DNA of 64,000 nucleotides. It comes from Eledone cirrhosa. Taxonomy: Eukaryota. Below are positions 41,160 to 53,725 of this stretch, piece by piece; the stretch's first letter is position 1, and the number at the start of each line of letters is the position of its first letter. The stretch is from the NCBI GenBank assembly GCA_964016885.1, contig OZ024742.1, forward strand, positions 71,610,001 through 71,674,000, read 5' to 3'. The notes beneath the pieces are model-generated. The model was not told where the DNA came from and searched no databases. It was given only the letters and a program-made list of their open reading frames with translations. Position numbers and translations under genes: made by a program.

Positions 41160-41826
41160 ATTTAATGTGTCAGTTTTGTATTCTTTCTTTTTGTATTCAT
41201 TATTTTAGATATTTAGATATTTACACACCTTTCAACATGTCAGTAAACCATATCAGTTTGTTGTTTATCTTGTCGCTCACTTTTGGCATAACACTATTTG
41301 CATGGCTTTATTATTGCTTACATTGTTGTTGTTCATATGTCATATTTTTTTTAGTTTGTCCTCTTTTTTTGTTTCAAACATATGCGTGGACACTCTCACA
41401 CACACACGTGTGTGTATATATGTCTCAGAGGGGCAACTAATAATTTTGCGAAACAATAAATATGCAGGAAAACAATATTTACCTGTGTATGTGTATATAT
41501 GTATACAAAAAGTAAATGGAAAACACCAAAGCAAACAATGCAGTACAATGAAGATATATATACTAATTAAACATTTGATATAGTAGAAAGAGTCTTAACA
41601 TTTTGGGCGCTAGTACTACATCAGAAAAAAAAAGCGATATAAAGGAAGAAATAGGAAGGTAGAAGAGAGTGAGAAGAAAGAAAAACAGGAAAAAAATTGG
41701 GGTGGGGGAAGCGTGTGTGTGTGAATTTTGTATATTTGAAGATATATAGTATATTTAATAAATAAACATTTTGAAAGCCCAGCTATGAATATTGAAAGGC
41801 CTACGGCCACCACTGTCTAGCAGATT

Positions 41827-41868
41827 CTGTCTATGCACATTTTGAGCTCTGGCTATCATCAGGACAGT
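41827..41868 (-). ncRNA. Hammerhead motif with core mutation (GAAA to AAAA)
   Basis: Minus strand: ACTGTC-CTGATGA-TAGC CAGA GCTC-AAAA-TGTGCA-TA-GACAG. Confidence 0.7.
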
Positions 41869-42051
41869 GCTTCCCCTGCTCTCTGCTAGAACTTTAGACA
41901 GTTGTATGTATTCAGGTATGCTGGAGCTAAATTTTAAGTTAAACCAACTTACACAGCTCCATATGAAAATGAGGCTAATCAGCCCACCTACACAGGCGAA
42001 AAAACTATATATTTTTGCCTGCTTCAAATTCCAGCAGAGAAAAGGGGAAGC

Positions 42052-42094
42052 ACTGTCCTGATGATGGCCAGAGCTTGAAATGCACGTAGACAGT
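42052..42094 (+). ncRNA. Minimal type-I hammerhead ribozyme, intact core
   Basis: ACTGTC-CTGATGA-TGGC CAGA GCTT-GAAA-TGCACG-TA-GACAGT; perfect 6-bp stem I; predicted cleavage after GUA at 42088. Confidence 0.8.
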
Positions 42095-42487
42095 TCTACC
42101 CTGCTGCTTCTGCTGGAATCTGCTAGATGGTGCTGGCCATCAGTCTTTCAATATTCATAGCTGGGCTTCCAAAATGTTTATTTATTAAACAACCATATAT
42201 CTTCAGATATACAAAATTCACATACATGTATGTATACAGATATGCTGCAGCTAAATTTTATATATATATATGCATATGCAAAAGGCAAACAGAAATAACA
42301 AAACCAACGACACAGTATAATGAATAAATATATTATTAGTTTTAAACTTCCTAATACAGAAGACCCGCCTTCCCATGGGCACAGGCTAAAGCTGAAGCAT
42401 ATATATAGTATGCACCACCTCCACCTAAGCCCCACCCTCCCATACATCTCCCATGAGGACAGGCTGAAGCATACATCTAGTGAATCC

Positions 42488-42900
42488 TCCAGCCCACACT
42501 GTAAAATTGTCGTGATGGCGATACAACAAAAAGCACCCAGCCCACACTGTAAAGTGGTGGTCATGGCGACACAAAAAAAGCACCCAGCCCACACTGTAAA
42601 GTGGTGGTCATGGCGACACATAAAAAAAGCACCCAGCCCACACTGTAAAGTGGTCGTGATGGCAACACGACAAAAAGCACCCAGCCCACACTGTAAAGTG
42701 GTTGTGGTAGTGACATGACAAAATGCACCCAGTACTCACTGTAAATGTGGTTGGCGTTAGGAAGGGCATCCAGCTGTAGAAACTAAGCCAAAATCAGTTC
42801 TATAGAAGCAAGACATGTTCACCTGACCTGGCTTTTCTCACAACAACTCATCTAACCTATGCTAGCATGGAAAAATGGACATTAAATGGTGATGATGATA
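42488..42900 (+). repeat. RTE/SINE 3' tail with an about 43-bp unit expanded in tandem
   Basis: aaaagcacccagcccacactgtaaagtggt... repeated about six times, then ggaagggcatccagc and the (ATG)n tail. Confidence 0.85.
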
Positions 42901-43380
42901 GTAGGAAAAGAGTCTTAATGTTTCAGATGCTAGTCCTTCATCAGAAAATTGAATGGGAAATTAAAGAAGAAATAGAAAAATAGAGGAGGGTGGGCAGTGG
43001 CAGAAATCAGTGGGGAGTTCAATCTGAGTGTGGTTGGTGCAACAAGAGTGCTTTTGAAAATTGAATCAGTTCAAATTTTGTTGGCAAGTCTTCTCAAATG
43101 TGTCAAGGGTGCTGAACTACCCAGAGCTCAGCGTCCACTATGATTGTTAGTAGTTGAGATTTGTGAAACAGTCTGTTTGGGTCAATGATGGCATGTTGTG
43201 TAAGAATTCTAGTAGCTGTAGGCAATGTAAGAACTGTTCAACCTCAACACGTTTTCGGAACTCGTCCCAGGTGGATGTCGTGGGTATGAAGTGCAAACCC
43301 CTGGCGAGGAGGGAGCATTCAGCTTCTGATAGTGGCTAGTCTTTCATCAGAAAATAGAATGAGAAATTAAAGAAATACCA
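42900..43380 (-). mobile_element. Internally deleted Penelope-like element between two direct hammerhead-bearing repeats
   Basis: PLSEAECSLLARGLHFIPTTSTWDEFRKRVEVEQFL (PLE N-terminal LxKGLxFxP motif); repeats ttCTGATGAAGGACTAGCATCTGAAACATT at 42912-42950 and partially at 43335-43375; other copies at 41585-41650(-) and 55900-55975(+). Confidence 0.7.
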
Positions 43381-43524
43381 GTTTCATTTGTTATAAAGAT
43401 ATTCAAGGTAAAAGAAAAACATATATTTCTTTCTGTGGCAGAAGTTAAATGTTCTCATATCCTTCATAGAACGTTTTCATATATTCTACACTTCAGTATT
43501 ACATACACACATATATATGTATAT

Positions 43525-44110
43525 ATAAAGTCAAACCATATGTAATGTCGTTTTTTACACTGTACTGTTAAAACATGTTCCAGCATTTCTAAACAAGATT
43601 TTTCCACAGCTGTATAAATGCTGTGCAGAAAGAAAAGATCCAATTTGCTGCAGACACATTAGTTTTAATTTGTTGCTTTAATAGACCTTCATGAAAACGG
43701 AAGTCACAGAAGATCACAAAAGATATTTTATGCTCTACGAGTTCAAAAATGGCAATAGTGCTACAAATTCATTAAAATGGGCAAAAGTGTATATTTTGAA
43801 TGTTCATAAGTGCCTATGATCGTTCAATAAATTTCAACAATGAGACCTTGACTTCGAAGAGGGTCACCATTCTGGGTGGCCTGTCTCTTTTGATAATGAT
43901 ATGCTCAAAGTCGCTATTGAAAAAAACAGATGCAACTTTGAAAAAGTTAGTAAAATAAGTTAATTAACGTCATCAAACGTCCATGGTCATTTACAAGTTA
44001 AATATATACACAGAGAATATATACTTGATTGAATTTTTACGTAACTTGTATTTTCAATTTCTTCAAAACTTACTACCAAAAATGACTTTACATTTGGGGT
44101 GACCTGATGT
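43525..44110 (+). mobile_element. Internally deleted mariner remnant
   Basis: Homologous to 58600-59832; 3' TIR ggggtgacctgatg-TA. Confidence 0.75.
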
Positions 44111-44253
44111 ATATCTATATATATATAATGTAGGAGGTGATTTTTATTGTAGCACAATAAAGCAATGCAAATATCGGATAAGTAGCACTCAACAGTTTAT
44201 AGGACTGGAGTATAAATAATATAAAATCAAAAGATGGTTAAAAGAGTTCCATG

Positions 44254-44325
44254 TATTTTATTATGCGCATTTCAAAAAACAAATATCATCATGGGATGAT
44301 AATTGTGTTCTCATCAGATAAAATA
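44254..44325 (-). ncRNA. Minimal type-I hammerhead ribozyme (left, inverted pLTR)
   Basis: Reverse complement of the 47550-47620 motif; core intact. Confidence 0.85.
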
Positions 44326-47300
44326 GGGAGACATGATATGAAGCCTAAAAAACACTTGCGAGCAGTGAAGTGTTAAATCAACATATGAAAAATAAAATAA
44401 GATGGATATATGAGATTGGAAAAAAGGAAAGGTATGGGGGGAAGGAAAAAGTTAAGGAAGAGGAAGAAAGAATATAGATAGAAGAAAAAAATATATATAA
44501 TAATAAGGAAAGGATGACGGAGGAGGAGTATAAGAAGGAAGGATGAGAGAGGAGGAGAAAATGAGTGAGCGAGAGAGATAATCTTTAATACTGAGAAACA
44601 CTGTCTCACAGAGAAAAATTAAAAAAACCGTTGTAAGATAATACATAATTTAAAAAATTAAGAGATTAAAAGTTAATGAGGTTTATGAATGGTGATGCTT
44701 AAAGAAAAAGGAATTAAGAATACTATTTATTTAAGGTTTATATATTGAAGGGTTTAATAAGATGTGCGAAAAGGAATTTGTTAAAATGTATTATTAAAAT
44801 AAAATATATTAAGAAGAATAAGGTGAATGAAGATAAGGTTAAATGAATTATGAACTTAGAGGAATTAATTAGGGTCCAAGTTTGTTTCTATATATTGTAA
44901 TAGGAAAAAGTAAATAATAGATTTAATATGAGCACTGAAGGAGAGAAAAAGAAAAAAAAATTCAAAGAAGAAAAAATATATAACGTCCAAAAATATGTTT
45001 ACAAAATTTCTCTAATGGTAATATTAGTATATATTAAAAATAAAAATTTGTATGGCATCACCACAGATGAACTGTACATCATTCTCACCGCAAGAAAAAC
45101 TATCCCGGAATGCAACAACGAATATTGGACTAGAGCTGATACTTCCAACAATTTTGATATCACAATGGGTTCGTCGGATTCTGCGCAATTGACGGACTTG
45201 ATTGGAATCTTTATTTTGAATTCTTTAAATCGGAAAATTTCTTAACTTCGCGGTGGAATTTATCGTGACGATGCCCTTTTTACTGTCTTAAACTGTAACT
45301 TAGTTAACCTTAATATTATTAACAATAATATACTTGATCTATTTAAGCACCATAACCTAAAAATTGTATTTGAAAACAACGTCAAACTAGCTAACTTCCT
45401 GGATATATCCCTTAATCTTGACACCGGCCTATATTACCCTTACCATAAAGACAATAAGAATCTAAATTATGTTAATTTTAAATCTAACCACCCTATTAAC
45501 GTTAAAAATGCTATAGTCAGTAATGTTGAAAAAAGAATCTCAAATCTATCTTCTAATAAACTTATCTTTGACACTAAAGCCAATTATTACAACAATGCGC
45601 TTTCCAAAGCCGGTTATCCTGACAACATTAAATACAGTAAAGAAACCAATCATCGAGGAACTTATAGTAATATAGTTAGTTATAAGCATTCCAATAGCAT
45701 AAAGAAAAGACCTAGATATAAAAATATGATTTGGTACAACGCTCCTTTTTCTCTATCTATTATTAGTAATATTCCTAAACTATTTTTTAGGGCCTTAGAT
45801 AAATGCTTCCCTATAGTAAGATCTTTAATAAGCATACAATTAAATTCTCTTATTCCACCACTTCCAACATCTCTAACATTATCTCAAAACATAATAATAA
45901 AATATTAAGTAATAAATCATATCCATCCAACACTGAGCGTCATAATGATAACAGTAGTAAGCCCGACGTCAATGTTAACTCTAGGCTAGATTCTGTAAAT
46001 TTAAATACGACATCAAACGTAACTTTGTCGAATGTTCATAATACCAATCTAAATCAGGAAATTTTAGCACCTATCGTAAGTAACTTCTCCAATTCAATTC
46101 CTTCTATAAATAATACTGGGTCACTTGCTAATAACTCTGGTAATTTCTCTAATCGTAATTGCAATTGCCCTATTAGAACTAAATGTCCTCTTAGTAACCA
46201 ATGTCTTGATAAAAATTTAGTGTATGAATGTAAGGTTATAACTAGTACTAATTCTTTTACCTATTTTGGTTCCACTTCCACTTCCTTTAAAGCAAGATTT
46301 TATAATCACAATTCCTCTTTTAAATACCAATTTAAAACAACTAACACGGCACTCTCAGAACTCATATGGTCCTTAAAGGACAAAATATTAACTACAACAT
46401 TTCTTGGAGGAAGGTTTGCAACACCTCTCCTTACCTTAATTCTTCCCTATCCAGAACATGTAATCTCTGCCTAGTGGAGAAATTTACCATTATCTCTAAT
46501 TTTAATTCTATAATAAATAGACGTATGGATTTATTTTCGCTCTGCTTGCATAAATCCCCTAGAACTTTCCATAAAGTATACAGTTAATATCTTACTACCT
46601 AATTAGTTTAAAATCTTCTTTTCTCAAACACTTTTATATTTTTTACAAATATACCCATCTTTCTACCTTATTTCAGTATATTATACAATATTACTCATAC
46701 TATGTCGTTAGCGGTCCCCTAATTTTCTTCTTTTTTAATTTCTAATCTTTAATCTGCAACTTTTACTTCTCAATTACTTAATTCATCTTATAACTCACTA
46801 TAGCATTTTCCTTATATTAAAAATAAAAATTTGTATGAGAGTATATACTAATTAGATACCATTAGAGAAATTTTGTAAACATATTTTTTTGACGTTATAT
46901 ATTTTTTCTTCCTTGAATTTTTTTCTTTCTTCTCTCCTTCCGTGCTCGTATTAAATCTATTATTTCCTTTTTCCTATTACAATATATAGAAACAGACGTG
47001 GTCCCTAATTAATTCCTCTAAGTTCATAATACATTTAACCTTATCTTCATTCACCTTATTCTTCTTAATATATTTTATTTTAATAATACATTTTAATAAA
47101 TTCCTTTTTGCACATCTTATTAAACCCTTCAATATATAAACCTTAAATAAATAGTATTCTTAATTCCTTTTTCTTTAAGCATCACCATTCATAAACCTCA
47201 TTAACTTTTAATCTCTTAATTTTTTAAATTATGTATTATCTTACAACGGTTTTTTTTTTTTTTTCTCTGAGACAGTGTTTCTCAATATTAAAAATTATCT

Positions 47301-47549
47301 CTCTCTCTCTCTCACTCATTTTCTCCTCCTCTCTCATCCTTCCTTCTTATACTCCTCCTCCGTCATCCTTTCCTTATTATAATATTTTTTTCTTCTATCT
47401 ATATTCTTTCTTCCTCTTCCTTAACTTTTTTCTTCCCCCCTTCCTTTCCTTTTTTCCAATCTCATATATCCATCTTATTTTATTTTTCATATGTTGATTT
47501 AACACTTCACTGCTTGCAAGTGTTTTTTAAGCTTCATATCATGTCTCCC

Positions 47550-47620
47550 TATTTTATCTGATGAGAACGCAATTATCATCCCATGATGATATTTGTTTTT
47601 GAAATGCGCATAATAAAATA
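47550..47620 (+). ncRNA. Minimal type-I hammerhead ribozyme (right pLTR), intact core
   Basis: TATTTTAT-CTGATGA-[GAACGCAATTATCATC CCAT GATGATATTTGTTTTT]-GAAA-TGCGCA-TA-ATAAAATA; perfect 8-bp stem I, palindromic stem III; predicted cleavage after 47612. Confidence 0.88.
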
Positions 47621-47658
47621 CATGGAACTCTTTTAACCATCTTTTGATTTTATATCAT

Positions 47659-47700
<42 letters not shown>

Positions 47701-47701
<1 letters not shown>

Positions 47702-47925
47702 TATAGTATAATTAAAATTTCATACATGTATGCGCTACCTTAGGTTTCAGAATCCAGTTATGGCCACCACTGTATAGTGGAGGAGTTATTCATCTTAGTG
47801 GGCGCTAGCATTAGAGGCCAGTATTTGAATAGCTCCTTCACTATATAGTGGTGGCCATAACTGGATTCCGAAACCTAAAGTAGCACATTCATGTTAAGCA
47901 TATGAAATTCTAATTATACTATATA
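47701..47925. repeat. About 92-bp-arm foldback carrying a hammerhead-like 3' half in each arm
   Basis: Arms 47701-47792 and 47826-47925; GAAA-CCTAAGG-TA in the arms; no clear CTGANGA. Confidence 0.7.
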
Positions 47926-48438
47926 AGCTCTCTTGTAATAGATTGAGCATTGTTATCTTTGGCTTTTTATCTATGAATATTATGTATAGAACCTACAGTA
48001 ACTCCAAATTACACTCCCTGGATATATATATATATATGTATGTATGTATGTATGTATATATATATGTATGTATATGTATGTATATATATGTATATGTATG
48101 TATGTATGTATATATATATGTATGTATATGTATGTATATGTATGTATATATGTATGTATATATGTATGTATATATGTATATATATATATATATATGTGTA
48201 TATATATATGTGTATATATATATGTGTATATATATATGTGTATATATATATGTGTATATATATATATGTGTATATATATATATGTGTATATATATATATA
48301 TGTGTATATATATATATGTGTGTATATATATATATGTGTATATATATATATGTGTATATATATGTGTATATATATATGTGTATATATATATATATGTGTA
48401 TATATATGTGTATATATATATATATGTATATATATATG

Positions 48439-48469
<31 letters not shown>

Positions 48470-48486
48470 GTATATATATATATGTG

Positions 48487-48519
<33 letters not shown>

Positions 48520-48762
48520 GTGTATATATATATATGTATATATATATGTATATATATATATGTATATATGTATGTATATATATATATATATGTATATAAA
48601 TACAATATCGGAGAAAGCTTTTTAGCGATACTCCGGCCAAATTCCAACTCACTCAACAAACATTAGGAAATAAGTGATTATATTCCCAATTATGCGTTCG
48701 GGGTGCTAACTAAAAGTATTGCGCGGAAAATTGGCTGTATTATTTCAAATGAGACATATCTA

Positions 48763-48869
48763 ATATATCTCTTCCCAGACGAACGTCTCGTTTCATTATA
48801 GGATTCCTACAATTTGGGGGAAATTATACCAATTTATGTAGGAGCTTGTATACCATCAATAGATATATA
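48763..48869 (-). ncRNA. Degenerate hammerhead motif with long stem II
   Basis: Minus strand: atatatcta-TTGATGG-[...TCCTACA...TGTAGGA...]-GAAA-CGAG ACG TTCG-TC-tgggaagagatatat; two core mismatches. Confidence 0.5.
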
Positions 48870-49123
48870 TTCAAGTGGGTGCCCCAATAACACTAATATT
48901 GATAATCCAACCAACATCAGCATTTAGCGATAATCACTTTCTGTGTCTGAGGTATCTGTCAGGTTGCCAGTCCAGCAGTTCTGAAAGAAGTGCTCGAACT
49001 GATTTAAAAAAATGAGGAAGTGAATTACCGCCAAAAAAAACAATACATGCGCGTGACAATGAACTCTGAAAGGAATTCAGGCCACATGCTAAGAACTCAA
49101 TTATATATATGTATATATATATG

Positions 49124-49202
<79 letters not shown>

Positions 49203-49287
49203 GTATATATATATATGTATATATATATATGTATATATATATATGTATATATATATATGTATATATATATATGTATATATATATATG

Positions 49288-49334
<47 letters not shown>

Positions 49335-49866
49335 ATATATGTATATATACATATATGTGTATGTATATATATGTATATATATGTATATATATATGTATAT
49401 GTATATATATGTATATATATGTATATATGTATATATATATATATATGTATCATCATCATCATCATCAACGTTTAACATCCGTGTTCCACGCTTGCATGGG
49501 TTTGGACGGGGGTTTTCCCACTTGAGGCAAGAGTGATTGTCTTGCTCGCATATGTATATATATGTATATATATATGTATATATATGTATATATGTATATA
49601 TATGTATATATGTATGTATGTATATATATATGTATATATGTATGTATATATGTATGTATATATATATGTATATATGTATGTTTATATGTATGTATGTTTA
49701 TATGTATGTATATATATATGTATATATGTATGTTTATATGTATGTATGTTTATATGTATGTATGTTTATATGTATGTATATATATATATATGTATGTATA
49801 TATATATGTATGTTTATATGTATATATACATATATGTATGTATATATGTATATATATATATGTATA

Positions 49867-49907
<41 letters not shown>

Positions 49908-51390
49908 ATATGTATATATATATATTCAGTATTTTTCTCCTTACCTTTTCCATTTAAATTGAGTCATAAATTTTATTTGATTAGTTTCCATATTGTATTT
50001 TAAATCTAATCTATATTTGCACACCTGCAGAGTTATGTATATGGAAAGGTGAATATCTAAAGATAGAATCAAAACAGAACTATTCCGATATTTTTTTTTT
50101 GTCATGGATATTATTTTTGTTTGTTTTCCTTTAATATATTGTCATGTGTTTTCTTCTTTCTAATTACATTTACTTGTAATTAAATTGCTGCTGTTATTGT
50201 TTTTGTTGTCAATGATTTCACTTTAAGCCTTACTCTCTCTCTCTCTCAAATATGTGTATATTTCCTTTCCAGGTTCAAAGTAACATTGTATATATGTATA
50301 TAGATATAAGGTGTAGTCCTTATGGAAGGCCTTCCATTGTGACAATACCATATATCTATACCTACTCTACAAGCTCACATGTATTGAGTACTACTCTGAT
50401 TTGTAGGGGCTCTGCATAAAGTGTAATCATACAAATAGTTTCACATTCTAAATATGGCGAGTGAGAAAAGAACTTCCATCTCATCAGACATTTTCACATC
50501 AAGCATTTGTTGACACAATTTCTTTCCCCTTCGTTTAACCGACTTGCTAAATATAATTGGTTTTATAAGATCAAATATGTTAGCTGCTTTTACCAAGCTA
50601 GCTTATAGACAAGATCAGTTCTCACTGCATTATCTCAAACAGCTACAAAAAACTTGGATACACCTTACACTCAGACTGTAGTAATTCTCTCCATTGTTTG
50701 CTTCTCACCACTTGAACACCCCAAAAAGAGTTTCAGTTTAGAAATTGCAAGGTTTTTTTATTGAGGTTTTTTCCAACTCCCCCATGATTGAGAGATGAGT
50801 GTAGAGAAAGGGTGGAGAAGAAACAGGAGGAGACTAGCTGTACGGCTGAGGAAAAGACATGAGGTGGTGGAGAGAAAGTTCAGGTAGAGTCCAGGTAAAA
50901 ATTCAGTTCCAGAGTGAAAAATCCAATGTAGGAATCTAAGAAATTTGAGGGTTCACGTAAGCATATATATATACACACACACACACACAGTACACACATT
51001 TAAACTTACTTTCACTCACATAAAAATCCACAACCACACACTACATGGATATATGCATACATACACAAACAATACTTTACATAATAAACCTTTAAAAAAA
51101 CACACATTTAAACATACACATACAATATTGACATTTTCCATGTAAAGTATGAAATTAATAAGGCTTTTTGTACATCAGTTTTCTCGTTTCCTTGAACTAT
51201 ATACATATATATATAGGGAATGTAACGTTCAGTTATTGTAGTTATGTCTTCATTAGGTTTATTGAGTAGTGACACGCGTTTCGCTATTGATCAGCTGTTA
51301 TGACAGAATGAACCTGTAGAGCTTAGAAAGGTCTATAACGATTCATTTATGGTGGTCAGTTACTGTTCGTTTTGATTGGTGGTTTTGCTA

Positions 51391-52038
51391 TCTGTATATA
51401 TTTATAAAATTAAGTATGTGTGTGTCTGTGTATTACCTATAGGGGCCTACATCTTACGACCGATTTTCATGAAAATTTACAGGCTCATAGATTAGTCATC
51501 AGGGAGCGTTTTCTATATATCATTGTATCGTTTTTTGGCTCTAGCTCCCACATTTTGTCACCGATTTTGTTCAAATTTTAAAGAAAAATAGAATTTATCA
51601 TTGCACATCCTGTAATGGCTTTATATTTTGCATTTGTTGTTCAGGGAGGGCGTGGCAGCCGCTTAAATATTAAAAAATACCACTTTTAGACTCAAATTTC
51701 CACGTTTTCGGCTCTAGCTCCCACATTAATCAACCTACCTTGTTCAAATTTTACACTACACTAGATCTGATTATTTCACGTCTTAAAGTGGCTTTACATT
51801 TGGGATTTTTTGTTCAGGAACGGTGTGGTAGCCGCTTAAATATTTGAAAATGCCACCTTTTCGGCTCTAGCTCCCACATTTTTCAACCGATTTCGTTCAA
51901 ATTCGAAACTTCGGCTCCACCTCACACATAAATCAATTTATTTGGTTCAACTTTTATACTACGATAGAACCTATCATTGCACATCTTATAGATGGTCAAA
52001 GGCAAAACGATGGCCACTGACGTCGTCTGAGCTTTTAG
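51391..52038 (+). mobile_element. Probable non-autonomous Helitron-like element with internal subrepeats
   Basis: a|TC...TTAG|t ends, 5' tatatatttataaaa, repeated ggctctagctcccacatt...accgattt...ttcaaattt units. Confidence 0.5.
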
Positions 52039-52575
52039 TTGTGTATTTGAGAATTCATCGGTTTCCAATCAAGTAGCATGAGGAAATTTGGCTTAGTGTT
52101 AGAGGTCATTACCTCCCTCCCCCAGCATGCCCCTTCGTCAGTCACCCGCGTTTCTCAGTGATAGAGGTCATCCCCCGCATGGCCTGTGTGTGACCATAGA
52201 TGAGTCATCGAGAAGCAGTCGCTAAGATCAACACCTTTTCATCAAAGCAGATATTATTTTACCTACCCAGGCGACGCTGGGTACTGCTGCTAGTAAGGAA
52301 TGTTTTGGTGTGTATGATAGGTGGAGGGAAGGATTATAAGGAAGAGGTGGTGGTGGTGGGGAGTGACAGTTGGTGTGAATTGCAGGGGTGTGGTGTTTTG
52401 GCTGTTTCATAGACATTATGGCATATATGTAGTGAAGCAAGGGTGCTGGATGTGGAATTGGTTAGGGGCTATACGTGATGGGAGATAAAAGAGTGCGGTG
52501 CTTTATTAAGGGGGGGGGGGGGTCGTTGGTCAGAGGTTTGTCAAAGAGAAATAAAAGTAAATTAAACCTAGGTTA

Positions 52576-52770
52576 ATAATTGTTTCTACTTTTGGCACAA
52601 GGCCAGCAATTACCCAGTGTATTTCTGGTACTTTATTTTATCGACCCAGTAAGGATGAAAGGCAAAGTTAACCTCGGTGGGATTCGAACTCAGAATGGCA
52701 AGGGCCGTAACTCAATGCGTCAAAGCATGGCGTCCAACCCTCTACCGATACTGCCAATCCACCGCCCCAA
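52576..52770 (-). mobile_element. MetaSINE-like SINE
   Basis: Strong similarity to 32943-33128. Confidence 0.8.
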
Positions 52771-53269
52771 GGTTAATAATGAAGCTTTGGTGGGTGGGTG
52801 GCTAATGTTTTCTGTGGTGTGCTTATCTATATTTTTTTTACTAGAGAAAAAATGATGAGGATTGTGGCTAGTGTGTGAAATAAATAGATGAATGAATGAA
52901 AGAAATAGTTGTTACACTAACTATGTGGGCTAACTTATACACCAGTACACACATATATACAGAGTATACGTAGCCACAGATATTGGTAGTAAACAAATTT
53001 AGTTGGATATGTATAAGGAGGATGAAAATGTTAATAGTAATAGGAAATAAATATAATAGTGATAATAACGATGATAAAATTGGTGATATAAATGAAAGTA
53101 ATGATACTAATTGTGGTAATTAATAGGATGTTTAATCTTTAATGTCACTTTGACATCTTTTGTCCCACTTATTCTGGTCTGCAGCACATTCCTCAAATTT
53201 TAATGCATGTATTTTAATGTTTGATAATATCTTTCATCTTATCTTTGTTTCTAAGAAGAGGTTTTTCTA

Positions 53270-53725
53270 CATTACACACATCTTCCGGAAGTTGGTCATA
53301 AGTGAACATTTTTAGCAGTCTTTCATCACTCATCCTAACAACATGGTCAGCTCATCTTAATTTATATATCACATTTCTAAAACAACTGTTCATTAGAGAC
53401 TTTGTCTTTCCATTTGAAACCACATATTTCTAAGACATTTCTTATGGAATGTATCTAGCTGTGTGATGTGTTTTCTATATGGTGTCCACAATTCAGATCC
53501 ATACAACAATGTGGAGAGGACAACTGCACAGTAAACTGCAATTTTGGTTTATAAACTCAACCCTCTCTTATTCCATAACCTTGCTCACTGATTTGTAAAG
53601 GCACCTCTAGCCTCGCCGATCCTATTTACTAATTTGTCTAAAGAAGCACTAGAATTTATTTTACTTCCTAAGTATGGGAAGGACTTCACATACTTTAGAG
53701 GCTTGTTGTCCACAAGAATTTGACG
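53270..53725 (-). mobile_element. Old RTE (BovB-like) RT C-terminal fragment
   Basis: VKSFPYLGS...RIGEARGAF...TKIAVYCAVVLSTLLYGSELW. Confidence 0.7.

Larger units (their letters stand above)
41716..42232. mobile_element. Non-coding inverted-repeat element with one hammerhead per arm (Penelope pLTR-like)
   Basis: Arms about 41716-41895 and 42025-42232 are diverged reverse complements around a 130-bp spacer. Confidence 0.75.
44135..47655 (+). mobile_element. Penelope-like element with about 810-bp inverted terminal repeats flanking a truncated RT and GIY-YIG
   Basis: Arms 44219-45033 and 46842-47655; inside FDITMGSSDSAQ, GIYRDDAL, NFLDISL, IWYNAPFS, CNC..CPL..CL..NLVYEC, YFGST...KARFYNH, CNLCLVEK. 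Confidence 0.92.

Noticed and set aside
42488-42760. CRISPR-like regularly spaced repeats (also 32300-32720, 61420-61605)
   Set aside because: Eukaryotic context, the spacers are themselves repeated, no cas genes; simple tandem amplifications
50273-50290. Possible microexon after tttcctttccag
   Set aside because: In-frame stop at the fourth codon; the nearest GT gives a non-symmetric 7-nt exon
50460-50495. CTGATGA on the minus strand
   Set aside because: No stem II or GAAA at a suitable distance; chance match
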